From Eledone cirrhosa (lineage: Eukaryota), in contig OZ024742.1 in assembly GCA_964016885.1 (NCBI GenBank), positions 5,766,001-5,830,000 of the forward strand: a stretch of 64,000 nt of DNA, written 5' to 3'. Every line of letters starts with the position of its first letter. The stretch's first letter is position 1. This document shows positions 1 to 11,913 of this stretch, piece by piece. The position numbers and the translations under genes were made by a program. Under the pieces are notes generated by a model. It ran no database searches and was not told where the DNA came from. It saw nothing but the letters and a program-made list of their open reading frames with translations.

Positions 1-2
1 AT

Positions 3-44
<42 letters not shown>

Positions 45-201
45 TTATATAAATATATATATGTATAAGTATATATATATATATGTATATATATATTATA
101 TGTATATATATATATATATAAACATATATATATACATATATAATATAGAGATTTACATATACATAAAGTATATACTTTCAGACGTTAAACAATCTGGTAG
201 G

Positions 202-256
202 AAGGTATACGTTGCTGACGATAGCTAATAAGCTTGAAACTAGTACAGCGTTCCTT
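202..256 (+). ncRNA. Minimal type I hammerhead ribozyme (Penelope pLTR-type)
   Basis: Core CTGACGA 215-221; stem II AGCT-aata-AGCT; GAAA 236-239; palindromic stem III ACTAGT; cleavage triplet GTA ending at 245; stem I ACGTTG (209-214) pairs with CAGCGT (246-251), extended by AAGG/CCTT. Confidence 0.85.
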
Positions 257-667
257 TGTCAGGGTTGAACAAATGAGCAACGATGGTTGCTAGACACTAC
301 GGCTTAATTCGGGATGTTTGTTTACAAACACACCGAGCATTATAATAAATATTCGGTGAATCCATACGTACATATATATATGTGTGCATGTATGTATATA
401 TATATATACATACTACTGTACGTCTGTATACATATATGTATGTACGTATACATACTTATATTTAAGTAACAGCCGTACTAAGAGTGAGAAATGAAATTTC
501 GTTTCATTTTTTCCGTTTATACTATAAATAATAGATCAAAAACTCGTTAAAAACTTGGAGTTATAGATAAGTTTCATAAAAATTTATGGATTGGGTATTA
601 AACTAAGATTTAAAAGAGATCACAAATGTATTACAAATTCACAGTTAAATAAATTCCATAAATATGA

Positions 668-965
668 TCAACCTCGTTCACATTCAAGCTTCGTTTCGCG
701 AACCATAAATGTTCATTCTCGAACTCTAAGAAGAAATCATTCACGTCTTTATCACAGCTCATATGGTCTTTAAAAGAGAAGAATTTAGAATATTCAATTC
801 TTTGGACAAAACTTCGGAACTGTGGAATTTACCGCAACTCTAGTATATCAAATAACTGACCGCTCTGTACAATGGAGACCCTGTTGATTATTAATAATAA
901 TAAGACCCTAATTAACAAAAGAAGTGAATTATTCTCAGTTGCCTCCATAAAGCTACGTCCACTTT
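668..965 (+). pseudogene. Decayed C-terminal GIY-YIG endonuclease of a Penelope-like element
   Basis: Manual translation from 668: STSFTFKLRFANHKCSF...SLSQLIWSLKEKNLEYSILW...*PLCTMETLLII...LINKRSELFS, matching the PLE endonuclease pattern FK.R..NH..SF / LS..IW.LK / C.LC..E / LNKRSE; one stop codon. Confidence 0.75.
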
Positions 966-1139
966 TTTAGCCTCGCATAAACGAGAAAGAAAGAACCAAT
1001 AACAACTCGGTTACCATGAATATATAATCAACAGTAAAAAACATCAATGGCCGTTAATATTGCTTTATTTTATAACTATCTATAGAAAAAACAACGTTAG
1101 AATGAATGACAATATTTCAATTAACATGCCTAAACATTG

Positions 1140-1512
1140 ATACACACAACATTATTTGTTAACTTTGATCAACACCATCATTTCTTTATCTCATTATTTC
1201 TATCTATAATCCCGCCGAGGTTGACTTTGCCTTTCATCCTTACAGGGTCGATAAAATAAAGTACCAGTAATGCACTGGGTAATTGCTGGCCTTGTGCCTA
1301 AAGTAGAAACAATTATTTCTATCTATACACACAACATTATTTGTTAACTTTGATCAACACCATCATTTCTTTATCTCATTATTTCTATCTATAATCCCGC
1401 CGAGGTTGACTTTGCCTTTCATCCTTACAGGGTCGATAAAATAAAGTACCAGTAATGCACTGGGTAATTGCTGGCCTTGTGCCTAAAGTAGAAACAATTA
1501 TTTCTATCTATA
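1140..1512 (+). repeat. 185-bp tandem duplication, each copy carrying a 3' SINE fragment
   Basis: atacacacaacattatttg... starts at 1140 and again at 1325; each copy contains cccgccgaggttgactttgcctttcatcc...gggtcgataaaataaagtaccagt, which also occurs in the SINE at 34658. Confidence 0.9.
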
Positions 1513-2879
1513 ATTTCGTACAATACTTAATCCTTACATATTTATGGAATTTATTTAACTGTGAATTTTTAATACATTTATGATCTCTTTTAAATCTTAG
1601 TTTAATACCCAATCCATAATTTCTTATGAAACTTATCTATAACTCTAAATTTTTAATGAGTTTTTGATCTATTATTTATAGTATAATATAGCATATATTT
1701 CTTTTAAATATACTTACTGCAATATAAAATCTAAATTTTGAGATGGATTCAAACTTATATATAAATGTGAATTTTTCGCTGTACTTTCGATCTCTTATTT
1801 ATTGATAATATAATGTATTATAATGTATTATAATATATATGTAGTTATATATTATATTTTATATATTTTTAAATATTTTTAAATATACCTACGATATTTC
1901 TATATATATGATTCAAATATAGAGAAAATATCCAAACTAAAAATTATTATAGACATTATTTTGAACTCTGTATTATCCATGTACTCATTGTTTGTTTTTC
2001 TTATATGTATATATATATATATATTTAAATGTAACACGTTGATAAGAGTATAACTGTTATCATATACCTAAAGTATACTACACTAATACTACCTAATATA
2101 TATCTATATATATATACATCCCTATATCTAATAATATGTTGATATCTTGGTTGAAGAATAATTAGTACATTTACACCCAGTTATACATATGTATATATTT
2201 ATCCTTAACATATTATTTTATTTTTATCTTCGTCGTTATTATTTACCTTAAACATACTGGCTCATTAATATATACCTATACACATAATAGTTATTTAAAT
2301 ATTTATAACAATAAGTACTTCAAAAGCTTTACATACCTAATATGTTGGTATATTTGTTAAAGTTTAAATTTAGGTAAATAATCAACAGTATAATATTTCA
2401 TTCTTTATGTGCCAGCTAAATCCTATAAATGTTAATCTCACAATTCAGAAGTTTAGAAATTATAACACACTTATCGAATTTATATCAATAATATATAAAT
2501 AACTAGCAAATAATCCTGAAATCTGGAGTCTTCACCCTAATATTATAAATTAAATATTTTCAAATCTAACCGTTTAACTTTCGAACCCCCGCCCCCCCAC
2601 GCACTTTATTTTTCCCTCTTTATAAATCTTTTTCCAGTGGCTATCACTGGCTGTTATGATTCATGAGATGTTTTCCTAGATATATCGTAGTATCATACAC
2701 TTTAAAATTTTAGAACAGTTACAGTATGCAACGTTTTTTATTACTCACACATTCTCTAATGAATTTATTACGTTTTCGCATTTTCTCATAGATAGGATAT
2801 AAGTAAAATTTTCTATCGGGTTAATCACTACCTTGATTAAATCTTAACCATTTAACATCTCAGGGTATGTCATGTATCA

Positions 2880-2940
2880 TTATATTTTGTCTGATGAGGA
2901 CGTACTGTTGTGCATCCGAAATATCTATAATAAAATGTAA
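2880..2940 (+). ncRNA. Minimal type I hammerhead ribozyme
   Basis: CTGATGA 2891-2897; stem II GGACGTAC-tgtt-GTGCATCC; GAAA 2918-2921; short stem III; cleavage triplet ATA ending at 2929; 11-bp stem I TTATATTTTGT / ATAAAATGTAA. Confidence 0.85.
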
Positions 2941-3077
2941 TTGATCAAAAGAACATCTATTTTATTAATACTTATATTTTAATATTAATAACTCCAGAAA
3001 ATTATTTTTACCGTTGAGTGCTTCCAATCTACTGTAAAACTCATTCTTTGACATAATCATTGAATATTGTTTAACAA

Positions 3078-3081
<4 letters not shown>

Positions 3082-3155
<74 letters not shown>

Positions 3156-3164
3156 TATATATAT
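3082..3164. repeat. (TA)n microsatellite
   Basis: Direct reading. Confidence 0.95.
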
Positions 3165-3318
3165 ATATTGTTATACTTTGGGAGGGTCATGTTGCCAATA
3201 AGAAACACACGCACCAGTTGCTTTCACTTCAATTTATTATAATAAATTTATAAATTTAGGAATTTATAAATTTCCGGTTGGTTGGTTGGTTCCACAACCA
3301 GATGGTTGTTTATATATT

Positions 3319-3361
3319 GTCAAAGTTCTTTCGTCACACATTCTGTGACCTCTTCAGTGAC
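3319..3361 (-). ncRNA. Minimal hammerhead ribozyme in the 3' pLTR of the Penelope-like element
   Basis: Minus strand reads GTCA-CTGAAGA-G-GTCAC-agaatgt-GTGAC-GAAA-GAAC-TT-TGAC: stem I GTCA/TGAC, stem II GTCAC/GTGAC, weak stem III. Confidence 0.75.
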
Positions 3362-3639
3362 TGGGGATTCTTTTCTTTGTTTTTGTGCCTCTCCTTTGTT
3401 CTGTCCTACGCCATCTTGTTTCTGTGTGTGTGTTGTGTGCTCAGTCTGCGCATGCGCCACATCCGGGTATCTGTGTGTGTTTATATTCGTTTATTTATTT
3501 GTTTATTTACATGTTACTGGTTGGTTGTTTGTTCTATGTGCGTGTATGTTTTCATTTTGTCCTTAATTGTAAGTTGTGATGTTGCTGTTCCACTCATGTT
3601 TTCTATTTAATTTTGGTTGTAATTCTTTTATGTTTATTG

Positions 3640-3935
3640 CCTCTGTGATTTGTCTAAACATTGCGTCTTTTCTGTGTGTAGATTCTATTTTTATTTCTGT
3701 TCTCTAATTTACCCTTATGTTCTATTTTAGCATGTTGGTAGAGTACAGATGATTCTTTACTATCTTGAAGGTCTCGCCAGTGTTCATTTATCCGTTCCCC
3801 TACACTACGAGCTGTCTCACCTATGTACACTATATTTTTGTCTCTACATTGTCCTTCAGTACATCTTATGATATATACTACATTTCTAGTTTTACAGTTA
3901 ATATGGGGGCTTAATTTAGGTTATACATTTCTTAT
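3640..3935 (-). pseudogene. GIY-YIG endonuclease domain (frameshifted from the RT ORF)
   Basis: Minus-strand translation gives a Cys-rich linker CIDKKCIT, then NCKTRNVVYIIRCTEGQCRDKNIVYIGETARSVGERINEHW. Confidence 0.85.
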
Positions 3936-5501
3936 CTATACAGGGGGTCTTTGAAAAGGGTATGTCTTGCTAATAAGTGTTTTTATGGAGGTACCTGGTC
4001 TTTCTACTATCTTAATATTGAGTTTATGTTTATCTAGGGCTCTTCTAAATTTGTAAGCTAATTCACCTCTAGGGCTTGTATCGATGAACATTACACTCTG
4101 GTATTTATTGCTATCATACCATGAGTTTATTCTATTAGCCTTATTCCTAGTTCTTTCTATTCTATTCCAAAATTTGCTCCTATACAAGGAGCAGGTCCCA
4201 TTTGTGTCATTATTTACCATTTTTTCCCATTTGGTTCTGGCTTCTCTATACACTCTGATTTTATCTCTCTGATTGTAACCAGAGAACTGCATACGGTGGA
4301 TGAAGTGTTGTATGTGTCTCTCTAGTTCTTCGGGGTTGCACATGCGGGACACGTTTCTCATCACCCGTACCAAATCCACAATCAGTATGTTGATTTTGGT
4401 ATGGTCCGAAACAGCTGAGTTTCGGTGGATCAGATGTTTGGAAGTCATGGGTTTGGCATAATGGGAATGGAGGATTTGTTTTTTGTTATTAATGGTATCT
4501 AACCAGAGCTCTGTGTCTAGTACAGGTAATCGATGGTTGGGGTGTTTACTTGGGTAGTCTATAGTAACTCTAATACTCTGGTGGATGGAGTTAGCTATTT
4601 GCTGGATGCTTTCCATTGTGTTTTTCTCTAATTCCTGACTGTTCTCTAGTGGGGGTGTTTTAACTACGATGTTTATATCATCAACGTAGCGGGAGTACAT
4701 TATCAGGGTTAAGGGGTCTTCTAATTGTTCTTTAAGTTTAAGTTTAAGTCTACTGTCCCACCATACCATGAATAAGTTAGCTATGTCGCCTGCAATGCTA
4801 ACACCAATGGCTTCTCCTTCCTCTTGGGCATATGTTTTTCCATTAAATTTGAACATATGTTCCTTAAGGGTTAATTTTATGCTGGCCCCCACCGCATGTG
4901 CAATCATTTTCTTTAGTTCATCGTGGTTTTCGGGGGTCCGTATGGCTCTGGTCCACCCGTTCCATCTATCTGTGTGGGTTTTCTTGGCCATTGAGGTAAT
5001 GGTAGGTGGTCTGCCTCTTGCTGGTCTTGTAGGGCACAGGTCATATGTGTCTAGATAATTATTACTATAGGTAAGTTTAAGTAAGTGTCCCAGCTCACTG
5101 GTATCAATCCCACGGAACTCAACATTGCCCTCACTGATCATTTCTACGCATTTCTCCACAGCAAAATCCACGTCAATAGATGGATACAGGGACACAACAT
5201 CCATACTATCTATTATGCAGTTTGTTAGATCCCTAGATCGGTTACTCTCGCCGATTCTGCTGAGGAGGTCCTCCGTGCTGTCATATACATCTGGGGACAT
5301 TTCAATGATGGGGCGTATGATCAGCAAGAGGAAGTAGGACAGTCTGTAGTTACTAGCAATGTTAGCTCCACAGACTGGCCGTGTTGGTGGTCCCGTGACA
5401 GGGTCACTGCCCGTTTTATGGTATTTTCGAAGCCCATACAACGCTGGCACGACATTGTTCCAGGCCTGGAAGTTGTTGGCAGTCCTTTTGTTGGGCTGCA
5501 T
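3936..5501 (-). CDS. Penelope-like reverse transcriptase (partial ORF of a disrupted element)
   Basis: Motifs SMDVVSLYPSI, GEAIGVSIAGDIANLFM, YSRYVDDI, LPVLDTELW, HYAKPM, RMQFSGY. Confidence 0.88.
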   Translation of the reverse strand: MQPNKRTANNFQAWNNVVPALYGLRKYHKTGSDPVTGPPTRPVCGANIASNYRLSYFLLLIIRPIIEMSPDVYDSTEDLLSRIGESNRSRDLTNCIIDSMDVVSLYPSIDVDFAVEKCVEMISEGNVEFRGIDTSELGHLLKLTYSNNYLDTYDLCPTRPARGRPPTITSMAKKTHTDRWNGWTRAIRTPENHDELKKMIAHAVGASIKLTLKEHMFKFNGKTYAQEEGEAIGVSIAGDIANLFMVWWDSRLKLKLKEQLEDPLTLIMYSRYVDDINIVVKTPPLENSQELEKNTMESIQQIANSIHQSIRVTIDYPSKHPNHRLPVLDTELWLDTINNKKQILHSHYAKPMTSKHLIHRNSAVSDHTKINILIVDLVRVMRNVSRMCNPEELERHIQHFIHRMQFSGYNQRDKIRVYREARTKWEKMVNNDTNGTCSLYRSKFWNRIERTRNKANRINSWYDSNKYQSVMFIDTSPRGELAYKFRRALDKHKLNIKIVERPGTSIKTLISKTYPFQRPPV

Positions 5502-6316
5502 TATATTTGTCTACATCACCATATGGGCATTGAGGGCTTTTTCTCTATCCTCATGCTCTTGTGGTGTTACTTCTCTTGTGTTAGTGGTGTGGGGTTGCAC
5601 TGCCTGGATGTAGTTTGGCAGACTGTCAACCGACATTCTGCCAGACATGTCTGTTGGAAAGCATGCTATCTCTCCATTACGCGAGCGCTGCATGAGCTTA
5701 CGCAAGCCATTTGCAGATTTTTCTCCCAGTTGCTGGCCCTCCATTCTATTATGCTTCTTGCTATACTGTTCTATAATATTTCTAAGTTTAGATCTAGCTA
5801 TACTAAATTGTGCTTCTGTTTGTTTATCGACCTGCGACGGCAATTGCGAGCGTTTGTTAAAAGCTAAAGTCGTGGCGTGGACTCGTCGCAGGTCGAACGA
5901 CTTATCGGAGGGATTATAAAAAGTAGAGTTCCAGGCTGCTGCAAAGCAACTGGTGCGTGTGTTTCTTATTGGCAACATGACCCTCCCAAAGTATAACAAT
6001 ATCGGTTTCAACACACGTTTTCAGATAAAGTATCTTGCTAAACAAATTCAGAAAGGATATATATCTATATATACATATATATATAGAATTCATTGATGTC
6101 TTGGAATAAGTTTATAGTTTCGCAATGGAGTCCATAAATAAATATATTGGCGTTTGTAAGGAAGGTAGAAGAAGGTTTGGTTTAGTTCCAGAGAAGGAGA
6201 ATATCAGAGTTGCTGCCAGGACTTTTACTGTTACTCCACAGCTCATTCCCACTCATCAGTTTTCCATGTTACTGGGAACGACCATTACTGGGAATTGTTG
6301 GACAACGTCCAGCTTG

Positions 6317-8340
6317 ATGGTGGTGGTGGTGATGGTGGTGATGGTGGTGGTGGTGATGGTGATGATGGTGTTGATGGTGGTGATGGTGGTGGTGGTGATG
6401 GTGATGATGGTGGTGGTGGTGATGGTGGTGGTGGTGATGGTCGTGATGGTGGTGGTGGTGATGGTGATGGTGATGATGGTGTTGATGGTGGTGGTGGTGT
6501 TGGTGATGATGGTGGTGGTGGTGATGGTGGTGGTGGTGATGGTCGTGATGGTGGCGGTGGTGGTGGTGATGGTGGTGATGGTGATGATGGTGTTGATGGT
6601 GGTGATGGTGGTGGTGGTGATGGTGATGGTGGTGATGGTGGTGATGGTGGTGGTGGTGATGGTGATGGTGTTGATGGTGGTGATGGTGGTGGTGGTGATG
6701 GTGATGATGGTGGTGGTGGTGATGGTGATGGTGATGATGGTGTTGATGGTGGTGGTGGTGTTGGTGATGATGGTGGTGGTGGTGATGGTGGTGGTGGTGA
6801 TGGTCGTGATGGTGGCGGTGGTGGTGGTGATGGTGGTGATGGTGATGATGGTGTTGATGGTGGTGGTGGTGATGGTGGTGATGGTGGTGGTGGTGGTGGT
6901 GGTGATGGTGATGGTGATGATGGTGGTGGTGGTGGTGGTGGTGGTGATGGTGGTGGTGGTGGAGGTGGTGGTGGTGGTGGTGGTGGTGGTTCTGGTGGTG
7001 GTGGTGGTGGTGGTTCTGGTGGTGGTGGTGGTGATGGTGGTGGTGGTGATGGTGGTGATGGTGGTGGTGGTGATGGTGATGGTGGTGATGGTGGTGGTGG
7101 TGCTGCTGCTGGTGGTAGTGGTGGTGGTGATAGTGGTGGTGGTGATGTGGTGGTGGTGGTGATGGTGGTGGTGGTGGTGGTGGCGGTGGTGATAGTGGTG
7201 GTGATGGTGGTGGTGATGGTGGTGGTGGTGGTGGTGGTGGTGGTGGTTGTGGTGGTGGCGGTGGTGATAGTGGTGGTGGTGATGTGGTGGTGGTGGTGAT
7301 GGTGGTGGTGGTGGTGATGGTGGTGATGGTGGTGGTGGTGCTGGTGGTGGTGGTGATAGTGGTGGTGGTGATATGGTGGTGGTGGTGATGGTGGTGGTAG
7401 TGATGGTGGTGGTGGTGGTGGTGGTGGCGGTGGTGATAGTGGTGGTGATGGTGGTGATGGTGGTGGTGATAGTGGTTGTGGTGATGGTGGTGGTGGTGAT
7501 GGTGGTGGTGGTGGTGATGGTGGTGGTGGTGGTGGTGGTTGTGGTGGTGGGGTCTTGGTGATGTGGTGGTGGTGGTGATGGCGGTGGTGGTGGTGATGTG
7601 GTGGTGGTGGTGCTGGTGGTGGTGATGTGGTGATGGTGGTAGTGGTGGTGATGGTAATGGTGGTAGTTGTGGTGGTGGTGATGGTGGTGGTGGTGATGGT
7701 GGTGGTTGTGATGTTGGTGGTGGTGTTGGTGATGGTGGTGGTTGTGTTGGTGGTGATGGTGGTGGTGGTGATGGTGGTGGTGGTGATAGTGGTTATGGTG
7801 ATGTGGTGGCGGTGGTAGTGATGGTGGTGATGGTGGTGGTAGTGGTGGTTGTGGTGGTGGTGGTTGTGGTGGTGGTGGTGGTGGTGGTGATGGTGGTGGT
7901 GGTGGTGGTAATAGTGGTGGTGGTGATGGTGCTGATGGTGGTGGTGGTAGTGGTGGTTGTGGTGGTGGTGGTTGTGGTGGTGGTGATGTGGTGGTGATGT
8001 GGTGGTGGTGGTGGTGATGGTGGTGGTGGTGCTGGTGGTGGTGATGTGCTGGTGGTGGTGGTGGTGGTAGTGGTGGTGATGATGATGGTAGTGGTGGTAG
8101 TGGTGGTAGTGGTGGTGATGGTGATGGTAGTGGTGGTAGCTGTGGTGGTGGTGATGGTGGTCGTGGTGATGGTGGTGGTGGTGATGGTGTGGTGGTGGTG
8201 GTGATGGTGGTGGTGGTGGTGGTGATGGTGGTGATGATGGTGGTGGTGGTAGTGGTGTTGGTGGTGTTGGTGGTGTTGGTGGTGGTGGTAGTGGTGGCGG
8301 TGGTCGTAGTGGAAGAGGTGGTGGTGATGGTGGTGATGAA
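6317..8340. repeat. Compound (GGT/GAT)n trinucleotide microsatellite, ~2 kb, followed by (GTT)n-rich tract to ~8490
   Basis: Direct reading; explains the long poly-V/G/T ORFs. Confidence 0.95.
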
Positions 8341-8557
8341 GATGACTTTCTGAATAAGAAGTGAACCTGTCGTTATCCTTGTCATTGTTGTCATTGTTTT
8401 TATTGTTGTTGTTGTTGTCATTGTTGTTATTGTTGTTATTGTTATTGTTGTTGTCAGTGTTATTTTCGTTGTTGCCATTGTTGTTGTTGTTAACCTTATA
8501 CTGTTACTTACTTTAATGTATTATTCATTTACACTACTGCACTGCATTTTATTGTAC

Positions 8558-9663
8558 CGAAAACAGATGGAATAGATGGACCAAAGCCATTCGGACAGCC
8601 AAAACAAGGATCAGGCGAGAAAAATGGTTGCGCATGCAATAAGGGCTGGTATTTAAACTACCCTAAAGGGCTATATGTTTAAATTCAATGAAAATATCTA
8701 CACCCATAATGAGGGAGCATTCATTGGCGTCAGAATAGCTTTGTGATGTTGCCAATCTATTTATGGTATGTTGGGAAAAGAGACTAAAAGATCCGTTGAA
8801 GAGAGCTCCATAGAGCTCATCATGTACTCTCGTTACGTAGACGATATTAATATAGTAATAAGGACACCCCCACAAGAGAGTACTAACAAATATGATTTAG
8901 AATGTAGCACAATTGAAAGCATCCAGCAGATAGCTAACTCCAAACAGCTGTAACTGTTGACTACCCTTCCACACACCCTAACAATAGACTAGCTGTATTA
9001 GACACGGAACTCTGGATTAACACTATAGACGAGAGGGCCCAAATTCTCCACTCATACTATGCTAAATCCATGACCTCCACATACCTGATACTCAAAAATT
9101 CAGCAATGTCAAGTAGTGCTAAGTTTAATATTCTGATCGCAGACTTGGTACGAGTGATGAAGAACGTGTCCCGCATGTGTGACCCAACATAAATGGAAAG
9201 ACACATCCAACACTTCATCAACCGCATGCAGTTCTCTGGCTATAACCAAAGAGACAGAATCAGAGTATACAAAGGAGCCACGGAGAAGTATAAGACCCTC
9301 ATAGAAATGGACATGAAAGGAATTTGCCCATTATACAGGAGCAAATCATGGAATAGCTTAGATAGGACTAAACCAGAGGTAACAGAGTCTCATGTTTGTG
9401 GATGCCACCCTGGGAAATTAGCTAACCAATCTAGAAAGGCCCTAAGAAAGACCCACTTAAAGATTAAAGTGGTAGAAAAGCCAGGAACTACCATAAAATC
9501 TCTGATCAGCAAAACATACCCCTTTAAGAAAACCCACTGTACTAATAAGTAATGTGTTATATGTAAAGTGAACCCTCAGATAACTGTAACACTAAAAATG
9601 TAGTCTATAGCATAAGATGTACAGAGGGTACTTGCTGAAACATGACAACGACATACATAGGTG
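8558..9663 (+). mobile_element. Second decayed Penelope-like fragment of a related family (RT to YIG)
   Basis: Collinear with the minus-strand element: IMYSRYVDDINIV, HFINRMQFSGYNQRD, CPLYRSK, IKVVEKPGTTIKSLISKTYPF, HCTNK*CVIC; ends at tac ata ggt ga (YIG) next to (TA)n; many stops and frameshifts. Confidence 0.88.
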
Positions 9664-9846
9664 ATATATATATATAGAGAGAGATATATTCGATATGTCT
9701 CATGAAATAATACAGCCAATTTTCCACACAATACAATTAGTTAGCACCCCGAACGTTTAATTAGGAATATACTCACTTATGTCCTAATGTTTGTTGAGTG
9801 AGTTGGGATTTGGCCGGAGTATCGCTAAAAGCTTTCTCCGATAATG

Positions 9847-9897
<51 letters not shown>

Positions 9898-9954
9898 GAA
9901 GTAATTCTGTCGGAAAGGTCCAGGAAGAAAGAGTGCTCTATGTAGGTTACAGAG

Positions 9955-9991
<37 letters not shown>

Positions 9992-10041
9992 TTAATCAAA
10001 TATCCGAATGAGGTTATTACAAAAAAACCCTTCGAGAACGC

Positions 10042-11913
10042 TAATAGAATATTGGTTAATAGAATATTGGTTAGTAGAATATTGGTTAGTAGAATGTTTG
10101 TTAATAGAATATTGGTTAGTAGAATATTGGTTAGTAGAATGTTTGTTAATAGAATATTGGTTAGTAGAATATTGGTTAGTAGAATATTGGTTAGTAGAAT
10201 ATTGGTTAGTAGAATATTGGTTAGTAGAATATTGGTTAGTAGAATATTGGTTAGTAGAATGTTTGTTAATAGAATATTGGTTAGTAGAATATTGGTTAGT
10301 AGAATATTGGTTAGTAGAATATTGGTTAGTAGAATATTGGTTAGTAGAATATTGGTTAGTAGAATATTGGTTAGTAGAATGTTAGTTAGAATATTAGTTA
10401 GTAGAATGTTTGTTAATAGAATATTGGTTAGTAGAATGTTTGTTAATAGAATATTGGTTAGTAGAATATTGGTTAGTAGAATGTTTGTTAATAGAATATT
10501 GGTTAGTAGAATATTGGTTAGTAGAATGTTTGTTAATAGAATATTGGTTAGTAGAATATTGGTTAGTAGAATGTTTGTTAATAGAATATTGGTTAGTAGA
10601 ATATTGGTTAGTAGAATGTTTGTTAATAGAATATTGGTTAGTAGAATATTGGTTAGTAGAATATTGGTTAGTAGAATATTGGTTAGTAGAATATTGGTTA
10701 GTAGAATATTGGTTAGTAGAATATTGGTTAGTAGAATGTTTGTTAATAGAATATTGGTTAGTAGAATATTGGTTAGTAGAATATTGGTTAGTAGAATATT
10801 GGTTAGTAGAATATTGGTTAGTAGAATATTGGTTAGTAGAATATTGGTTAGTAGAATGTTAGTTAGAATATTAGTTAGTAGAATGTTAGTTAGCAGAATG
10901 TTAGTTAGTAGAATATTGGTTAGTAGAATATTGGTTAGTAGAATATTGGTTAGTAGAATAATGGTTAGTAGAAAGTTAGTTAGAATATTAGTTAGTATAA
11001 TGTTATTTAGCAGAATGTTAGTTAGTAGAATATTGGTTAGTAGAATATTGGTTAGTAGAATATTGGTTAGTAAAATATTGGTTAGTAGAATATTGGTTAG
11101 TAGAATATTGGTTACTAGAATGTTAGTTAGAATATTAGTTAGTAGAATGTTAGTTAGCAGAATGTTAGTTAGTAGAATATTGGTTAGTAGAATATTGGTT
11201 AGTAGAATATTGGTTAGTAGAACGTTTGTTAATAGAATATTGGTTAGTAGAATATTGATTAGTAGAATATTGGTTAGTAGAATATTGGTTAGTAGAATAT
11301 TAGTTAGTAGAATATTGGTTAGTAGAATATTGGTTAGTAGAATATTAGTTAGTAGAATATTGGTTAGTAGAATATTGGTTAGTAGAATGTTAGTTAGAAT
11401 ATTAGTTAGTAGAATGTTAGTTAGCAGAATGTTTGTTAGTAGAATATTCGTTAGTAGAATATTGGTTAGTAGAACGTTTGTTAATAGAATATTGGTTAGT
11501 AGAATATTGGTTAGTAGAACGTTTGTTAATAGAATATTGGTTAGTAGAATATTGGTTAGTAGAATGTTTGTTAATAGAATATTGGTCAGTAGAATATTAG
11601 TTAGTAGAATATTAGTTAGTAGAATATTCGTTAGTAGAATATTGTTTAGTAGAATATTGGTTAGTAGAATGTTAGTTAGAATATTAGTTAGTAGAATGTT
11701 AGTTAGCAGAATGTTAGTTAGTAGAATATTGGTTAGTAGAATATTGGTGAATAGAATATTGGTTAGTAGAATGTTAGTTAGAATATTAGTTAGTAGAATG
11801 TTAGTTAGTAGAATGTTAGTTAATAGTATATTGGTTAGTAGAATATTGGTTAGTAGAATGTTAGTTAGAATATTAGTTAGTAGAATGTTATTTAGCAGAA
11901 TGTTAGTTAGTAG
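10042..11913. repeat. 15-bp minisatellite (AGAATATTGGTTAGT)n, ~125 units, with 12-bp and AGAATGTTTGTTAAT variants
   Basis: Direct reading; source of the NILLT/RILVS/EYWLV ORFs. Confidence 0.95.

Larger units (their letters stand above)
517..1686. repeat. ~150-bp inverted repeat pair (517-666 / 1537-1686)
   Basis: ttatactataaataatagatcaaaaactc...ttccataaatatg at 517-666 is the reverse complement of 1537-1686 with a few substitutions. Confidence 0.9.
3165..6002 (-). mobile_element. Penelope-like retroelement (RT + C-terminal GIY-YIG), 5'-truncated and frameshifted, bounded by 60-bp inverted repeats; possibly Naiad-like clade
   Basis: ORF 3936-5501 with RT motifs; upstream ORF with PTDMSG (DKG-like motif); downstream NCKTRNVVYIIRC...VYIGETARSVGERINEH; sense-strand hammerhead in the 3' region. 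Confidence 0.88.

Noticed and set aside
6125-8478. Long ORFs (740, 345, 334 aa) rich in T/P/H, V/M or G/D
   Set aside because: They are stop-free translations of a GGT/GAT microsatellite with frequent phase slips; no domain evidence
3936-9663. The two opposite Penelope RT copies as one inverted duplication
   Set aside because: They differ at many amino-acid positions and look like independent insertions of related families
9530-9665. Selenocysteine (TGA) recoding in the Penelope Cys-rich linker
   Set aside because: The stop in the Cys cluster is TAA. The TGA near 9635 aligns to Arg in the sister copy, consistent with ordinary decay
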